64,000 nucleotides of DNA, taken from the NCBI GenBank assembly GCA_963727525.1, contig CAVSGO010000007.1, forward strand, positions 160,001 to 224,000. The letters run 5' to 3'. The position numbers and the translations under genes were made by a program. The notes under the pieces are model-generated. The model saw only the letters and a program-made list of their open reading frames with translations. It searched no databases and was not told the origin of the DNA. Below, in pieces: positions 9,245 to 19,659 of this stretch. Source of the DNA: an uncultured bacterium (GTDB lineage: Bacteria > Krumholzibacteriota > Krumholzibacteriia > LZORAL124-64-63). The first letter of the stretch is position 1; each line of letters begins with the position of its first letter.

Positions 9245-9906
9245 GTCGCCTCCGTATCCGTGGCCTCGGTTCTTGCGAGCGCTGCCCGCAACTTTCGCCG
9301 CGCCCGTTGCAACACGGCCCTCGCTCCCGTTTGATCCCGCAAGTCGAGCAGGCGTGTGATGTCGTCGACCGCCATCCTCTCGATGCAGCGCAACCACAGG
9401 GCGTCCTGCTCGAGTGGGTCGAGATGCGCCGCAATGAGGTCGAGCAGGGCGCCCTCGCTCTCGCGATCCTCCAGCTCCCGATCCGGGCCTGGCCGCGCAT
9501 CGGCGATCCTCTGGAGCAACTCCTCGTCCTCGTGCTCCAGCCGTACCCGCCGCAACTCGCTGAGGCAGCGGTTCCGCGCGATGGCGAACAGCCAGGAGCT
9601 GAAGCGCGCGCGCTGCCCGAACCCCGGCAGGTTCTGGTATGCGCTCACCAGCACTTCCTGCGAGAGATCGAGGGCCAGGTCGCGGTCGCGCACGTGCCGG
9701 TAACACCACGCGTACACGCGTTGCTGGTACCTGCCGAGAAGACGCGACGCCGCGTTGCGGCCGTGCTGTCCGCCGGGATCCGCCTGGACCGCGGCCACCA
9801 GCGACTCGTCGCTCTCGCCACCGCCGCCGGGATCGATGGCTGGAGGCGTCCAGCGGGTCAGCAATCGCTCCAGAGACATGAGACGCATCGTCGCTCCCGG
9901 AATCAC
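9241..9906 (-). CDS. ECF RNA polymerase sigma-70 factor
   Basis: Motifs SDESLVAA, DLSQEVLVSAY, FSSWLFAIARNRC and region 4 LQRARRKLR. Exact start uncertain. Confidence 0.88.
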   Translation of the reverse strand: MIPGATMRLMSLERLLTRWTPPAIDPGGGGESDESLVAAVQADPGGQHGRNAASRLLGRYQQRVYAWCYRHVRDRDLALDLSQEVLVSAYQNLPGFGQRARFSSWLFAIARNRCLSELRRVRLEHEDEELLQRIADARPGPDRELEDRESEGALLDLIAAHLDPLEQDALWLRCIERMAVDDITRLLDLRDQTGARAVLQRARRKLRAALARTEATDTEAT

Positions 9907-9930
9907 AGCCAGAGTACCATCCGATCATAA

Positions 9931-11007
<1,077 letters not shown>

Positions 11008-11013
11008 CGGGCC

Positions 11014-11874
11014 TCAGTCGTCCGGGTGGCCGAAGACGAGGATGGCCGCCGCCACCTGCGTGGGCGATTCCAGCATGGCGTAGTGGCCCACGCCGGCCAG
11101 CCGCTTGAATTTCAGATCACGGACCTTGCCGAAGCCATACATCGTCAGGTAGCCGCGTTCATTGCCGGGTTCGGGCAGGTAGTTGTCGCTGCCCAGCAGC
11201 AGCATCGGGACCGAGAGCGTCGCCAGGCGGTCGCTGACATCCCAGTCGAAACTCGACAGCATGAGCGACGCCATCGTGGTGCTATCGGTACGCAGTGCCA
11301 GATCGACGACCTTGTCGACGATGTCCTGCCGGGTGCTGCCCATTGCGAACCGCGTGGCGACGAACCGGTCGTAGTCCTTGATCAGGGCCTGGCCGACGGC
11401 GGCTTTCTCCTCGTCGCTGGCAATCTGCTTGGGTCCGGCGTCGATCAGGATGAGGCGGCGCACGTCGGCGGGATGGTCGAGCGTGTACTGCAACGCGATC
11501 ATGCCCCCCATCGCGTGGCCGACGATGACGGGGTAGACGATGTCGTTCGCGTCGAGCCAGGCGTCCAGGGCCTCGGCCTCGGCGGCGATGCTCGGATCCC
11601 GCAACGGCGGCGTACTCCCGTGGCCGTGCAATTCGTATGTCCAGACCTGGAACATCCCCTTGACGTAGGGCAGCATATCGTCCCACACCGACGTATCGGT
11701 ACCCAGGCCATGGATGAGGACGAGCTCGTCCTCGCCCCGCCCTTCGCGAGGCGGGCGCCTGGTGGGGGTGTCGTCGGACTGGGCCATGACCGACGCGGCT
11801 AGCAGCGACGCCACGGCCAGGACCGCACCCACGCGGGCGAGAGATCGTGCAGCGAACACGCAGGTTCCTTTCAC
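11014..11874 (-). CDS. Exported alpha/beta-hydrolase fold protein (nucleophile Ser replaced by Ala)
   Basis: Motifs VLIHGLG, HGHG.T, GHAMGG, LILID and GVGHY, with a signal-peptide-like N-terminus. Confidence 0.85.
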   Translation of the reverse strand: MKGTCVFAARSLARVGAVLAVASLLAASVMAQSDDTPTRRPPREGRGEDELVLIHGLGTDTSVWDDMLPYVKGMFQVWTYELHGHGSTPPLRDPSIAAEAEALDAWLDANDIVYPVIVGHAMGGMIALQYTLDHPADVRRLILIDAGPKQIASDEEKAAVGQALIKDYDRFVATRFAMGSTRQDIVDKVVDLALRTDSTTMASLMLSSFDWDVSDRLATLSVPMLLLGSDNYLPEPGNERGYLTMYGFGKVRDLKFKRLAGVGHYAMLESPTQVAAAILVFGHPDD

Positions 11875-11887
11875 CGGAGGATACGCC

Positions 11888-12673
11888 TCAGGGAATCCGC
11901 ACCACCAGGCCGTCCCGCGCTTCCTCGCACGGGATGCCGGTGGCGAGGCTCACGGCTTTGGCGGCTCCTCGGCCGGCCACGGTGGGGTAGAGGTGGGTCA
12001 GGACGATCCGTTCCGGCCGGGCTTCCCGTCCCAGTTCGGCAATCTTTCCAGGACTCATGTGGCCGTCCACCGCCAGGTCGTCGGGCGTGGAACATTCCAC
12101 GACCAGCGTTGACGAACCCCGTGTCGCCGCCACGAGTTCCGGGCACGGACCGGTGTCGCCCGAATAGGTGAGCCCGTGCCCGTCACGGTCGCGGAACCGG
12201 TAGCCGAGGCACAGGTTCGCGAATCGATCCTCGCGGTGAGCGGCGCGGAACGCCACGGCCTCGCCGTCGCCCAGGGGCACACGGTCGCCCGGCGAAAGCT
12301 CGCGCACGGTCACCTCGCGACCGCGAGGATCGAGCCAGCTCCCGTATACCTCGCGCAGACGCGCGAGGTAGGCGCCCAGGCCCACCGGGCCGGCCAGTGC
12401 GAGAGGGCGATTGTTGCGGGCCAGTACGGAATGGGCCGCGAAGAGGAGAGGTGCGATATCGGCCGTATGATCGAGATGCAAGTGGGACACCAGTACGGTG
12501 TCCACGGCATCCACGCGATCAGGCGCACCGGGCTGCCGCACGAGGCGCACGAGGGCCCCGGGCCCGGGATCGAGCAGCGCGCCGCGGCCGTCCACGTCCA
12601 GCCAGTATGCCGCGGGGCCGTGGGTCGGGGTGGGAGTGGCGCCGCCGGCGCCCAGAATGTGCAATGTTATCAT
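11888..12673 (-). CDS. Metallo-beta-lactamase fold hydrolase, RNase Z/BN-like
   Basis: Motifs ILGAGGA.P, LDPGPG, SHLHLDH, YSGDTG, ECS...GH and VLTHLYP. Confidence 0.85.
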   Translation of the reverse strand: MITLHILGAGGATPTPTHGPAAYWLDVDGRGALLDPGPGALVRLVRQPGAPDRVDAVDTVLVSHLHLDHTADIAPLLFAAHSVLARNNRPLALAGPVGLGAYLARLREVYGSWLDPRGREVTVRELSPGDRVPLGDGEAVAFRAAHREDRFANLCLGYRFRDRDGHGLTYSGDTGPCPELVAATRGSSTLVVECSTPDDLAVDGHMSPGKIAELGREARPERIVLTHLYPTVAGRGAAKAVSLATGIPCEEARDGLVVRIP

Positions 12674-12823
12674 ACCTTTAAACAACACCTCGGGTCGGGA
12701 ACGTCAAGCGCGAGTCTGGGTTCAAGACCGCCTGTCCTGGACAGGTGGGCCGGCCGCCCCTAGGTTGACGGCCCGGACGGATTCACCGGCACGTCGCTGG
12801 TCCCTGGTTCCGCGAGCGAGGAG

Positions 12824-14551
12824 ATGCCCATTGTGAGAATCGCGACGCCCCCCCTGGCGGTCCTGATCCTGGTCCTGGCCGGGATCATCGCAGCGCCGCT
12901 GGACGCCGCGTCGCTCCAGGCGCGCGATCAGCGCGTCCCCGAGGCCACGGTCGATAACGGGTTGGTCGGCGAGAAGACGATCGACGAGAAGATTGCCGAA
13001 CTGAACGCCAAGATCCTCGCCAAGCCCGGCAACGGCGACAACTACAACGATCTCGGCGTGCTCTATACCCAGCAGGAGAACTGGCCCCTCGCGCGGGACG
13101 CATTCATCCGCGCCGTCCAGGCCAAGTCCTACGATCCCGACTTCCATCGCAATCTCGGCCTCGTCTTCGCGCACCTCGAGGACTACGACCTCGCCGCCAG
13201 CGAACTGGGCGAGTACGTCAAGCTCGGCCAGGCCGGCGGTCACGACGGCTGGCGCCTGCAGGGACGGGCGTACGAGGCTGCAGGCGACACGACCAGGGCG
13301 CATGCCGTCTACAAGGCGGGACTCGACGCACTCGGCATGCAGCCGATCCCGGAAGTCATGCGCCTCGTGGTCTCCGAGGCGCGGCTCGACCAGGCGTCGG
13401 GCGACCAGGGCGCCATGCGCACGCTCCTGGAGTCCTACCAGCCGACGGCGCGGCAGCTCCGCGATCAGGCCGCCGAGTCGGGTGACGAGAACGCCGACGG
13501 TGTGAGCGAGGCCAAGGCCATCGAAGCGAGCCTCGTCTCGCTCTATGTCGAGAACGGGAAGGTCCTGGAGCAGTCGAACATGGCGGCGGATGCGGCGGAA
13601 CTCTACGAGAAGGTCTACGCCCTCGCGCCGGATCGCGACGATCTGCTGCCGCGCATCGTCGACGCCTACCTCGCGGCGGGCGAGACGCTGAAGGCCAAGG
13701 TCACCGCGCGGCTCGCGCGCCAGGACCATCCTGAAGCGGCGGGAAGCTGGATCGCCAGCGGCAAGATCGACGAGCGGGAGTCCGATCTCGCCGCGGCCAT
13801 CACCGACTACGAGAAAGCCTACGACCTCGCCCCCGACACGCCGGGGCTGGCGACGGTCATCGGCAACCTCTACATGAAGACGGGCCAGGCGGCCGAGGGG
13901 CGCAAGTACCTCGCACGGCTCGTGGACGATCCGGATACCCCGCCGGAGGTGGTGTACAACTACGCCGTCAGTCTCATCCAGGAGAAGAAGTACCGGGCGG
14001 CCTTACCGCCGCTGCGTCGAGTGGTGAAGGAACGGCCGGACTTTGCGGGCGGCTGGTCGGCGCTGGCCCAGACCCTGCGCGCCATCGACCAGTACGGCGA
14101 TGCCGTCGAACCTTACAAGCGCGCCCTCGCGCTCGAGCCCGACGCGAAGCTGGCCTACAACCTCGGATACTGCGCCATGAAGGCGGGTCGCATCGACGAT
14201 GCCCTCGCTGCCTACCAACAGGCCATCACCCTGAATCCGGGTTCCACCGAGGCTCGGTACAACTATGGCCTGGTGTTGATGAAGGCCGAGCGCTACGAGG
14301 ACGCGCTCGCGGCGTTCGAGGGTGCGTTGCAGCGCGAGCCCGACAGCTACCGTGTCCTCCTGAGCGAGGGGATCTGTCTCTTCAGACTGAAACGGAACCA
14401 GGAAGCCGTCGACAAGTACAATGAGGCTCTGGAGCAGAAGGAGACCGCCGAGGCCTACGACAACCTGGGGCTCGCGTTCCAGGCACTCGGCGACAAGACC
14501 CACGCGCAGACGTGTTTCAAGGAAGCCAAGAAGTTGCGAGGAAAATCGTGA
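12824..14551 (+). CDS. Exported tetratricopeptide repeat protein
   Basis: Signal peptide and many TPR units (YNDLGVLY, HRNLGLVF, AYNLGY, RYNYGLVL, AYDNLGLAF). Confidence 0.88.
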   Translation: MPIVRIATPPLAVLILVLAGIIAAPLDAASLQARDQRVPEATVDNGLVGEKTIDEKIAELNAKILAKPGNGDNYNDLGVLYTQQENWPLARDAFIRAVQAKSYDPDFHRNLGLVFAHLEDYDLAASELGEYVKLGQAGGHDGWRLQGRAYEAAGDTTRAHAVYKAGLDALGMQPIPEVMRLVVSEARLDQASGDQGAMRTLLESYQPTARQLRDQAAESGDENADGVSEAKAIEASLVSLYVENGKVLEQSNMAADAAELYEKVYALAPDRDDLLPRIVDAYLAAGETLKAKVTARLARQDHPEAAGSWIASGKIDERESDLAAAITDYEKAYDLAPDTPGLATVIGNLYMKTGQAAEGRKYLARLVDDPDTPPEVVYNYAVSLIQEKKYRAALPPLRRVVKERPDFAGGWSALAQTLRAIDQYGDAVEPYKRALALEPDAKLAYNLGYCAMKAGRIDDALAAYQQAITLNPGSTEARYNYGLVLMKAERYEDALAAFEGALQREPDSYRVLLSEGICLFRLKRNQEAVDKYNEALEQKETAEAYDNLGLAFQALGDKTHAQTCFKEAKKLRGKS

Positions 14552-15597
14552 TCCGCGGCACCACCGTCGTCGTCGCGGTCGTCTTGGCGGCCGCGGCGAC
14601 GGCCTCCGATCTGCCGACCCATCCCAGCCAGCTCCCGGAACTCACGCCGACGACGACGTTCCCGCGGGCGACGCCCGATGAACTCGCCTCGGCGGGTTAT
14701 CCGGATCACATGCATGCCATCCATTGGCCCGGCTGGGTTCCTCCCGTCGATCCCGCCGGCGAGACCTACGGGCCCCACAGCCTGGCCCGTGGGACCAGCA
14801 TCTTGCCGCGCGACGGTCTCGTGATCAGTGACGGCGCAATCCGTTACCGGGGCCTCGTGGTCACTTTCGATCCCGGCTACAAGGCGACCGCGATCCTGCC
14901 GTTCATCGAGGTGCTCGACCTGGCTCGCCATGCCGTGTGCCCGCTACTGGGCCAGACACGTGACGATTCGCTTGTCGTCTCCGATCCGGACAACCTCGAC
15001 CAGTACCGCGATCGTACTGGGCAGGAGTTCTGGCGCCTGTACGCCTGGCAACCCGACGGTTCGATCGTCGTGGAACCCATTCCCATCCTCATCGCCCGCA
15101 CCCTCGACAGCCATGCTGCGCACGAGATCATGACGCAGTGGTTGCTCGCCGGTCTGGCGCCGCTCACCGACTGGCCGGCCTGGTTCCGCGAAGGCCTCGC
15201 GACCTATGTCGGTGAGACCGGGGTCCATCTCTGCAACTACATGGCCCAGTTCCGTGCGGCCGGCTCCCCGGTCCTGCTGCCGCCGGAAAAGATCGAGGCC
15301 ATCCTTGCCGGCCCTCCTGATCCGGACAGGGATCTCGACCGCGAACACTACCGCGAGGCGCGTTACGGCGCGTTCCTGATGGTGTGGGAACTGGTCGAGC
15401 ATCGCGGTGGCCTCGAACCGGTCCGGCGGGTGCTCCAGGGCGTCGCCGGTGGCCGGACGCCGGACGCGGCCTGTCAGGCCGTATATGGCAAGAACTTCGC
15501 GGCACTTGCGACGGACCTCGACTGCACGCAGCGTCCCGAACCCGTGGGCGAGGCGGTGCAGGCGCGGGCGCCGCACCTGCAGCCAGCCCAGCCGTGA
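14548..15597 (+). CDS. Exported protein with a degenerate gluzincin (peptidase MA-like) domain
   Basis: GTGA overlap with the TPR gene, signal peptide, and AHEIMT...PAWFREGLATY. Confidence 0.6.
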   Translation: MIRGTTVVVAVVLAAAATASDLPTHPSQLPELTPTTTFPRATPDELASAGYPDHMHAIHWPGWVPPVDPAGETYGPHSLARGTSILPRDGLVISDGAIRYRGLVVTFDPGYKATAILPFIEVLDLARHAVCPLLGQTRDDSLVVSDPDNLDQYRDRTGQEFWRLYAWQPDGSIVVEPIPILIARTLDSHAAHEIMTQWLLAGLAPLTDWPAWFREGLATYVGETGVHLCNYMAQFRAAGSPVLLPPEKIEAILAGPPDPDRDLDREHYREARYGAFLMVWELVEHRGGLEPVRRVLQGVAGGRTPDAACQAVYGKNFAALATDLDCTQRPEPVGEAVQARAPHLQPAQP

Positions 15598-15598
15598 C

Positions 15599-15627
15599 TT
15601 GCCGCCCCCTGGCGCGTGTACTATAAC
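15599..15627 (+). promoter_or_regulatory. Putative sigma70 promoter of gltX
   Basis: TTGCCG-17 nt-TATAAC. Confidence 0.55.
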
Positions 15628-15680
15628 CAGATACGATCATGTCACCGGGGCCCCGCTACCTGCGAGAGGTTCATGCATCC

Positions 15681-17177
15681 ATGTCCAGCCCGTCGTCGAT
15701 CCGTGTCCGATTCGCGCCCAGTCCCACCGGCCATCTGCACGTGGGCGGCGCGCGCACCGCGCTCTTCAACTGGCTCTATGCCCGGAACCAGGGGGGGGCC
15801 TTCGTGCTGCGCATCGAGGACACGGATCAGGAGCGCAGCACCGAGGCGAGCTACGCGGCCATCCTGCGCGGCATGGAATGGCTCGGACTCGACTGGGACG
15901 AGGGGCCGGGCAAGGGCGGCGCGCACGGTCCCTACCTGCAGAGCGAACGGCTGCCGATCTATCGCGACGCCCTGGCGCAACTGCGCGACGCCGGCGCGGT
16001 GTACCGCTGCTTCTGCACGGCTGACGAGCTGGAGAAGCGCGCCGAGGCGGTGAAGGCGGCCGGCGGTGTCTGGGACGGGTACGACGGCCATTGCCGCGCA
16101 CTTTCGGAGGCCGAGTCGCTAGCCCGCGCGGACGCAGGCGAGCCATGCGGCTGGCGCCTGCGCACGCCTGCGGACGGCACGGTGGTGTGGGACGACATCG
16201 TCGTCGGTCGGCGCGAGTTCCAGTGCGCCGTGCTCTCCGACCGTGTCGTGGCCAAGGCCGACGGGTTTCCCACCTACAACTTCGCCGTCGTCGTCGACGA
16301 CCACACGATGGCGATGTCCCACGTGCTGCGCGGCGACGACCACGTGAGCAACACGCCCTTTCAGCTCCTCATCTATCGCGCCCTCGGCTGGAAGCCGCCC
16401 CGCTTCGGGCATCTGCCGATGATCCTCGGGTCCGATCGCAAGCGGCTCAGCAAGCGCCATGGCGCCACCAGCGTGGAGGAATTCCAGAAGCTGGGCATCC
16501 TTCCCGATGCCATGGTCAACCAACTCGCCCTGCTGGGTTGGTCCATCGGCGCCAGCGGTGACGAGGTGCTCACGCGGGATGCCCTCATCAAGAAGTTCTC
16601 GCTCAAGAAGGTGAACAGTAGTCCCGCCTCGTTCGACTACGAGAAGCTCGAATATCTCAATGCGCAGCATCTGCGGCGCCTCGACGATCGGGCCAAGGTG
16701 GCGCTCACGCTCCCCATCGTGCGCGAACACGGCTGGCAGTACGATCCCGCCTGGCACGTGTGCGGCGTGGCTGACTCCGATGCGTACGTGGCGCGCGTTG
16801 TGACGCTCCTCGGCAGCCGGTTCGCCTCGCTCGTCACCCTGGCGGAGCAGGTCGCGTTCCTGTACTGCGAGGATTTTCCAGTGGACACCGGAGCCTGGCA
16901 GCAGCAGCTCGGCAGCGTGGAAGCGCGCGCCCGCGTGGGCGCGCTGGCCGAGGCCCTCGCGTCACGTGCGGGATCGGACGCGCCGGTGGAGGCCGCGGTC
17001 TGCGAGGAGATCGTGCGGGACGTGGCCGCCGCGCTGGCGATCAAGGCGGGCGAACTGATCCACCCGGCCCGCGTGGCCATCACCGGTCAGGAACGCAGCG
17101 CGGGCATGTTCGAGGTCATGGAGACGCTGGGGGCGCCGCGCGTGATCGCGCGGTTGCGACGGGCCGCGGCCGGGTGA
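15681..17177 (+). CDS. gltX: Glutamate--tRNA ligase
   Basis: Motifs RVRFAPSPTG.LHVGG (HIGH), LRIEDTD, PTYNFAVVVDD, RGDDH and KRLSKRHG (KMSKS), with a C-terminal anticodon-binding domain. Confidence 0.96.
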   Translation: MSSPSSIRVRFAPSPTGHLHVGGARTALFNWLYARNQGGAFVLRIEDTDQERSTEASYAAILRGMEWLGLDWDEGPGKGGAHGPYLQSERLPIYRDALAQLRDAGAVYRCFCTADELEKRAEAVKAAGGVWDGYDGHCRALSEAESLARADAGEPCGWRLRTPADGTVVWDDIVVGRREFQCAVLSDRVVAKADGFPTYNFAVVVDDHTMAMSHVLRGDDHVSNTPFQLLIYRALGWKPPRFGHLPMILGSDRKRLSKRHGATSVEEFQKLGILPDAMVNQLALLGWSIGASGDEVLTRDALIKKFSLKKVNSSPASFDYEKLEYLNAQHLRRLDDRAKVALTLPIVREHGWQYDPAWHVCGVADSDAYVARVVTLLGSRFASLVTLAEQVAFLYCEDFPVDTGAWQQQLGSVEARARVGALAEALASRAGSDAPVEAAVCEEIVRDVAAALAIKAGELIHPARVAITGQERSAGMFEVMETLGAPRVIARLRRAAAG

Positions 17178-17226
17178 CGGTTTCCGCGCCGGCCCGCACC
17201 ATGAAAACCCGTACCTGGGGGACGCC

Positions 17227-19344
17227 GTGATCCGGATCGGGGGCATACTCGGCCGCTACGTCCTGGTGTGGATCGTCACCATCCTCGCTTTGCTGCTCGC
17301 CACCGCGATCCTGCCAGGCGTACGCATCGACACCGATGTGGCGACCTGGTGGATCACGATCGTGTTGGTGCCAGTCGAGTTCGCGTTTCTCATCATCCTG
17401 CTGCGGCCGCTGTTGCTCTTTCTCACCCTGCCTCTCAACGGCGTGACCCTGGGCTTGCCCAGCGTGCTCTTCAACGGTCTCATCCTGTACCTCGCCGCGC
17501 AGGGACAGGAAGCGTTCACGATCGCGAACCTGCAGGAGGCGCTGCTGGCGGCGCTGATCATGACCGCGGTGTCGGCGCCCATCGTCTCTCTCCTCGATCT
17601 CGACGAGGCCTACCCGCTGTACCAGACGCTGCTGTTCCGTTTCGGACGTCGTTGGGGACCACAGTCGGCGCCGGACCTGCGCCGGGGGCTGCTGATCTTG
17701 CAGATCGACGGCCTGTCGTTCCGCGCGCTCGTGCACGTGTTGCGCAGTGGCCGCATGCCCACGCTCTCGGGACTGCTTGCGCGCCACACCCACTTGCTGC
17801 ACCGCTGGTTCTGTGGATTGCCCTCGAACACGCCTGCCGTGCAGGCCGGGTTGTTCTACGGCAATCGCTTCGACGTGCCCGGCTATCGCTGGTTCGACCG
17901 CGAGAGTCAGACGATCCGCGTCGTCAGCCATCCCGCCGACGCGCGGGCTCTCGAGGAGCGCGCCGAAGCCGGCGGCGGCGAGCCCCTGCTGCGTGGCGGT
18001 TCGGCGGTGAATACGTTGCTGTCGGGCGGCGCCGACAAGCGCTTGCTCACAGTGAGCGCCCTGGGCGAGGCGGCCGCCGCCGCGCGGCCGGGCGAGCGAG
18101 CCGACCTCAACCTCTTCTATCTCAGTCCCAACGCCTACACCAAGGCCCTGCTCACGGCCACGTGGGAGTATCTCTCGGGATTCACGCGCGGGCTGCTGAG
18201 CCTGCTGCGGCGCGATCGCCCGCACCTGCGCAACCATCCGGTGAAGCTGGCGCAGGGAGCCGTCTTCAACGGTTTCCTGCGGTCGGTGAGCTTCTTCTGG
18301 CTGAAGCAGGACGTGGTGCGCAATGTACCGGTGATCTACACCAATTTCGTGGGCTACGACGACGTCGCCCATGTCACGTCGCCCACGTCGTACGAGGCGC
18401 AGGTGGCGCTCGCGGCGTTCGATCGCAGCCTGCGTCAGCTGCGCCGATTCGCGCGGCGCAATTGCAAGCTCGATTACGAACTGCTGGTGTTCTCCGATCA
18501 CGGTCACACATCGAGCATGCCGTTCCGATTGCTTTACGGCCAGACGTTCGGAGAATGGCTCGCGGAGATCGCCGGGAGTGCCGTCACCGAGGATGCGGCG
18601 GCCAGTCCGGAGGTTTTCTACCTCTCCGTACTCCTGGCCCAGCTCGAGGCCGAACGGCCGCGCGCCACGCTCACGGCGCGCGGGGGCAAGCGTGCGCTCG
18701 CCGGGTTGAGTCAGCGACGATTGCAGGATGCCGACCGCCAGTACCGCCGGTTCCCGACCGCGGCGTCGCCCGCGTCGGAGGACGCTTATGCGCCCGAGGC
18801 CCCAGAGCTGGTCGTATGCGTATCCGGTTGTCTCGCCCATATTTACGTAAAAGGACACGAGGAACCCCTGCATCTCGAAGAGGTCATGGACCGCTATCCC
18901 GGCCTGGTTCCCAGCCTGGTGGCGCACCCGGGGATCGGGTTCGTCGCCGCGAGTCGCGCGTTCGGCGATGCGGTGGCCATCGGCCACGATGGGGTGCGCA
19001 ATCTCATCACCGGCCAGTTGGCCGGGCTGCAGGATCCTTTGGCCCCGTTCGGAGATCCCCGGCAACTCGCACCGGAACTGGCTCAGCTCCTGTCCTATCC
19101 GTCGGCCGGCGACCTCGTGGTGAATGGGGCGTGGCTCGACGACACGCACCAGGTGGTGGTGCTGGAGGAGCAGTTGAGCAGCCACGGCGGGGTCGGTGGT
19201 CCCCAGATGGAGCCGTTCGTCATCGTGCCGGAGGGATGGCGGACGCGTCCCGAGGACCTGCGCAGTCCCGAAGCCCTGCACCGGCACATCTCGGTGAATC
19301 TGCGCAGGATGCAGGCCCAGGACGGGGTAAAAAAGACCCCGTAG
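17227..19344 (+). CDS. Fusion of a 4-TM YvlD/holin-like membrane domain with an alkaline phosphatase superfamily domain
   Basis: N-terminal LRPLLLFLTLPLNGVTLGL membrane segment, then LILQIDGLS, PSNTPAVQAG, GYDDVAH, FSDHGH and SHGGVGG. Confidence 0.85.
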   Translation: MIRIGGILGRYVLVWIVTILALLLATAILPGVRIDTDVATWWITIVLVPVEFAFLIILLRPLLLFLTLPLNGVTLGLPSVLFNGLILYLAAQGQEAFTIANLQEALLAALIMTAVSAPIVSLLDLDEAYPLYQTLLFRFGRRWGPQSAPDLRRGLLILQIDGLSFRALVHVLRSGRMPTLSGLLARHTHLLHRWFCGLPSNTPAVQAGLFYGNRFDVPGYRWFDRESQTIRVVSHPADARALEERAEAGGGEPLLRGGSAVNTLLSGGADKRLLTVSALGEAAAAARPGERADLNLFYLSPNAYTKALLTATWEYLSGFTRGLLSLLRRDRPHLRNHPVKLAQGAVFNGFLRSVSFFWLKQDVVRNVPVIYTNFVGYDDVAHVTSPTSYEAQVALAAFDRSLRQLRRFARRNCKLDYELLVFSDHGHTSSMPFRLLYGQTFGEWLAEIAGSAVTEDAAASPEVFYLSVLLAQLEAERPRATLTARGGKRALAGLSQRRLQDADRQYRRFPTAASPASEDAYAPEAPELVVCVSGCLAHIYVKGHEEPLHLEEVMDRYPGLVPSLVAHPGIGFVAASRAFGDAVAIGHDGVRNLITGQLAGLQDPLAPFGDPRQLAPELAQLLSYPSAGDLVVNGAWLDDTHQVVVLEEQLSSHGGVGGPQMEPFVIVPEGWRTRPEDLRSPEALHRHISVNLRRMQAQDGVKKTP

Positions 19345-19348
19345 ATCC

Positions 19349-19377
19349 TTGCAAGCCGTTTCAGGACCATATATATT
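19349..19377 (+). promoter_or_regulatory. sigma70 promoter of the tRNA pair
   Basis: TTGCAA-17 nt-TATATT, 13 nt upstream of tRNA-Gln. Confidence 0.75.
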
Positions 19378-19390
19378 GCGTCACCTCGAC

Positions 19391-19464
19391 TGCCCGGTCG
19401 TTCAATGGTAGGACAGCTGACTCTGGATCAGTTAATGGGGGTTCGAATCCTCCCCGGGCAACCA
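19391..19464 (+). tRNA. tRNA-Gln (anticodon CTG)
   Basis: Acceptor stem TGCCCGG/CCGGGCA, anticodon arm GCTGA-CTCTGGA-TCAGT, T loop GTTCGAATC and encoded CCA. Confidence 0.96.
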
Positions 19465-19508
19465 CGGAAGGCCCAGCGGCGCTGGTCGCTGTTGTTCGCG
19501 CATAGGGA

Positions 19509-19584
19509 GGCCCCTTCGTCTAGCGGTCTAGGACGCCGCCCTCTCACGGCGGTAACACGGGTTCGAGTCCCGTAGGGGCTACCA
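19509..19584 (+). tRNA. tRNA-Glu (anticodon CTC)
   Basis: Acceptor stem GGCCCCT/AGGGGCT, anticodon arm CCGCC-CTCTCAC-GGCGG, T loop GTTCGAGTC and encoded CCA. Confidence 0.96.
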
Positions 19585-19588
19585 TTCT

Positions 19589-19617
19589 CGAGGCTCCCTC
19601 GTACCGGGGGAGCCTCG
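19589..19617 (+). terminator. Hairpin after the tRNA pair (terminator or processing stem)
   Basis: CGAGGCTCCC...GGGAGCCTCG forms a 10-bp stem; the U tract is weak. Confidence 0.5.
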
Positions 19618-19659
19618 GTCATTCCGGGTCCGGGGGATCTGGGGCGGGAATCGGGACCG

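Noticed and set aside
17227-17620. Prophage suggested by the 'phage holin family' domain
   Set aside because: There are no phage structural, lysis or replication genes. YvlD-like domains fused to AlkP enzymes are chromosomal.
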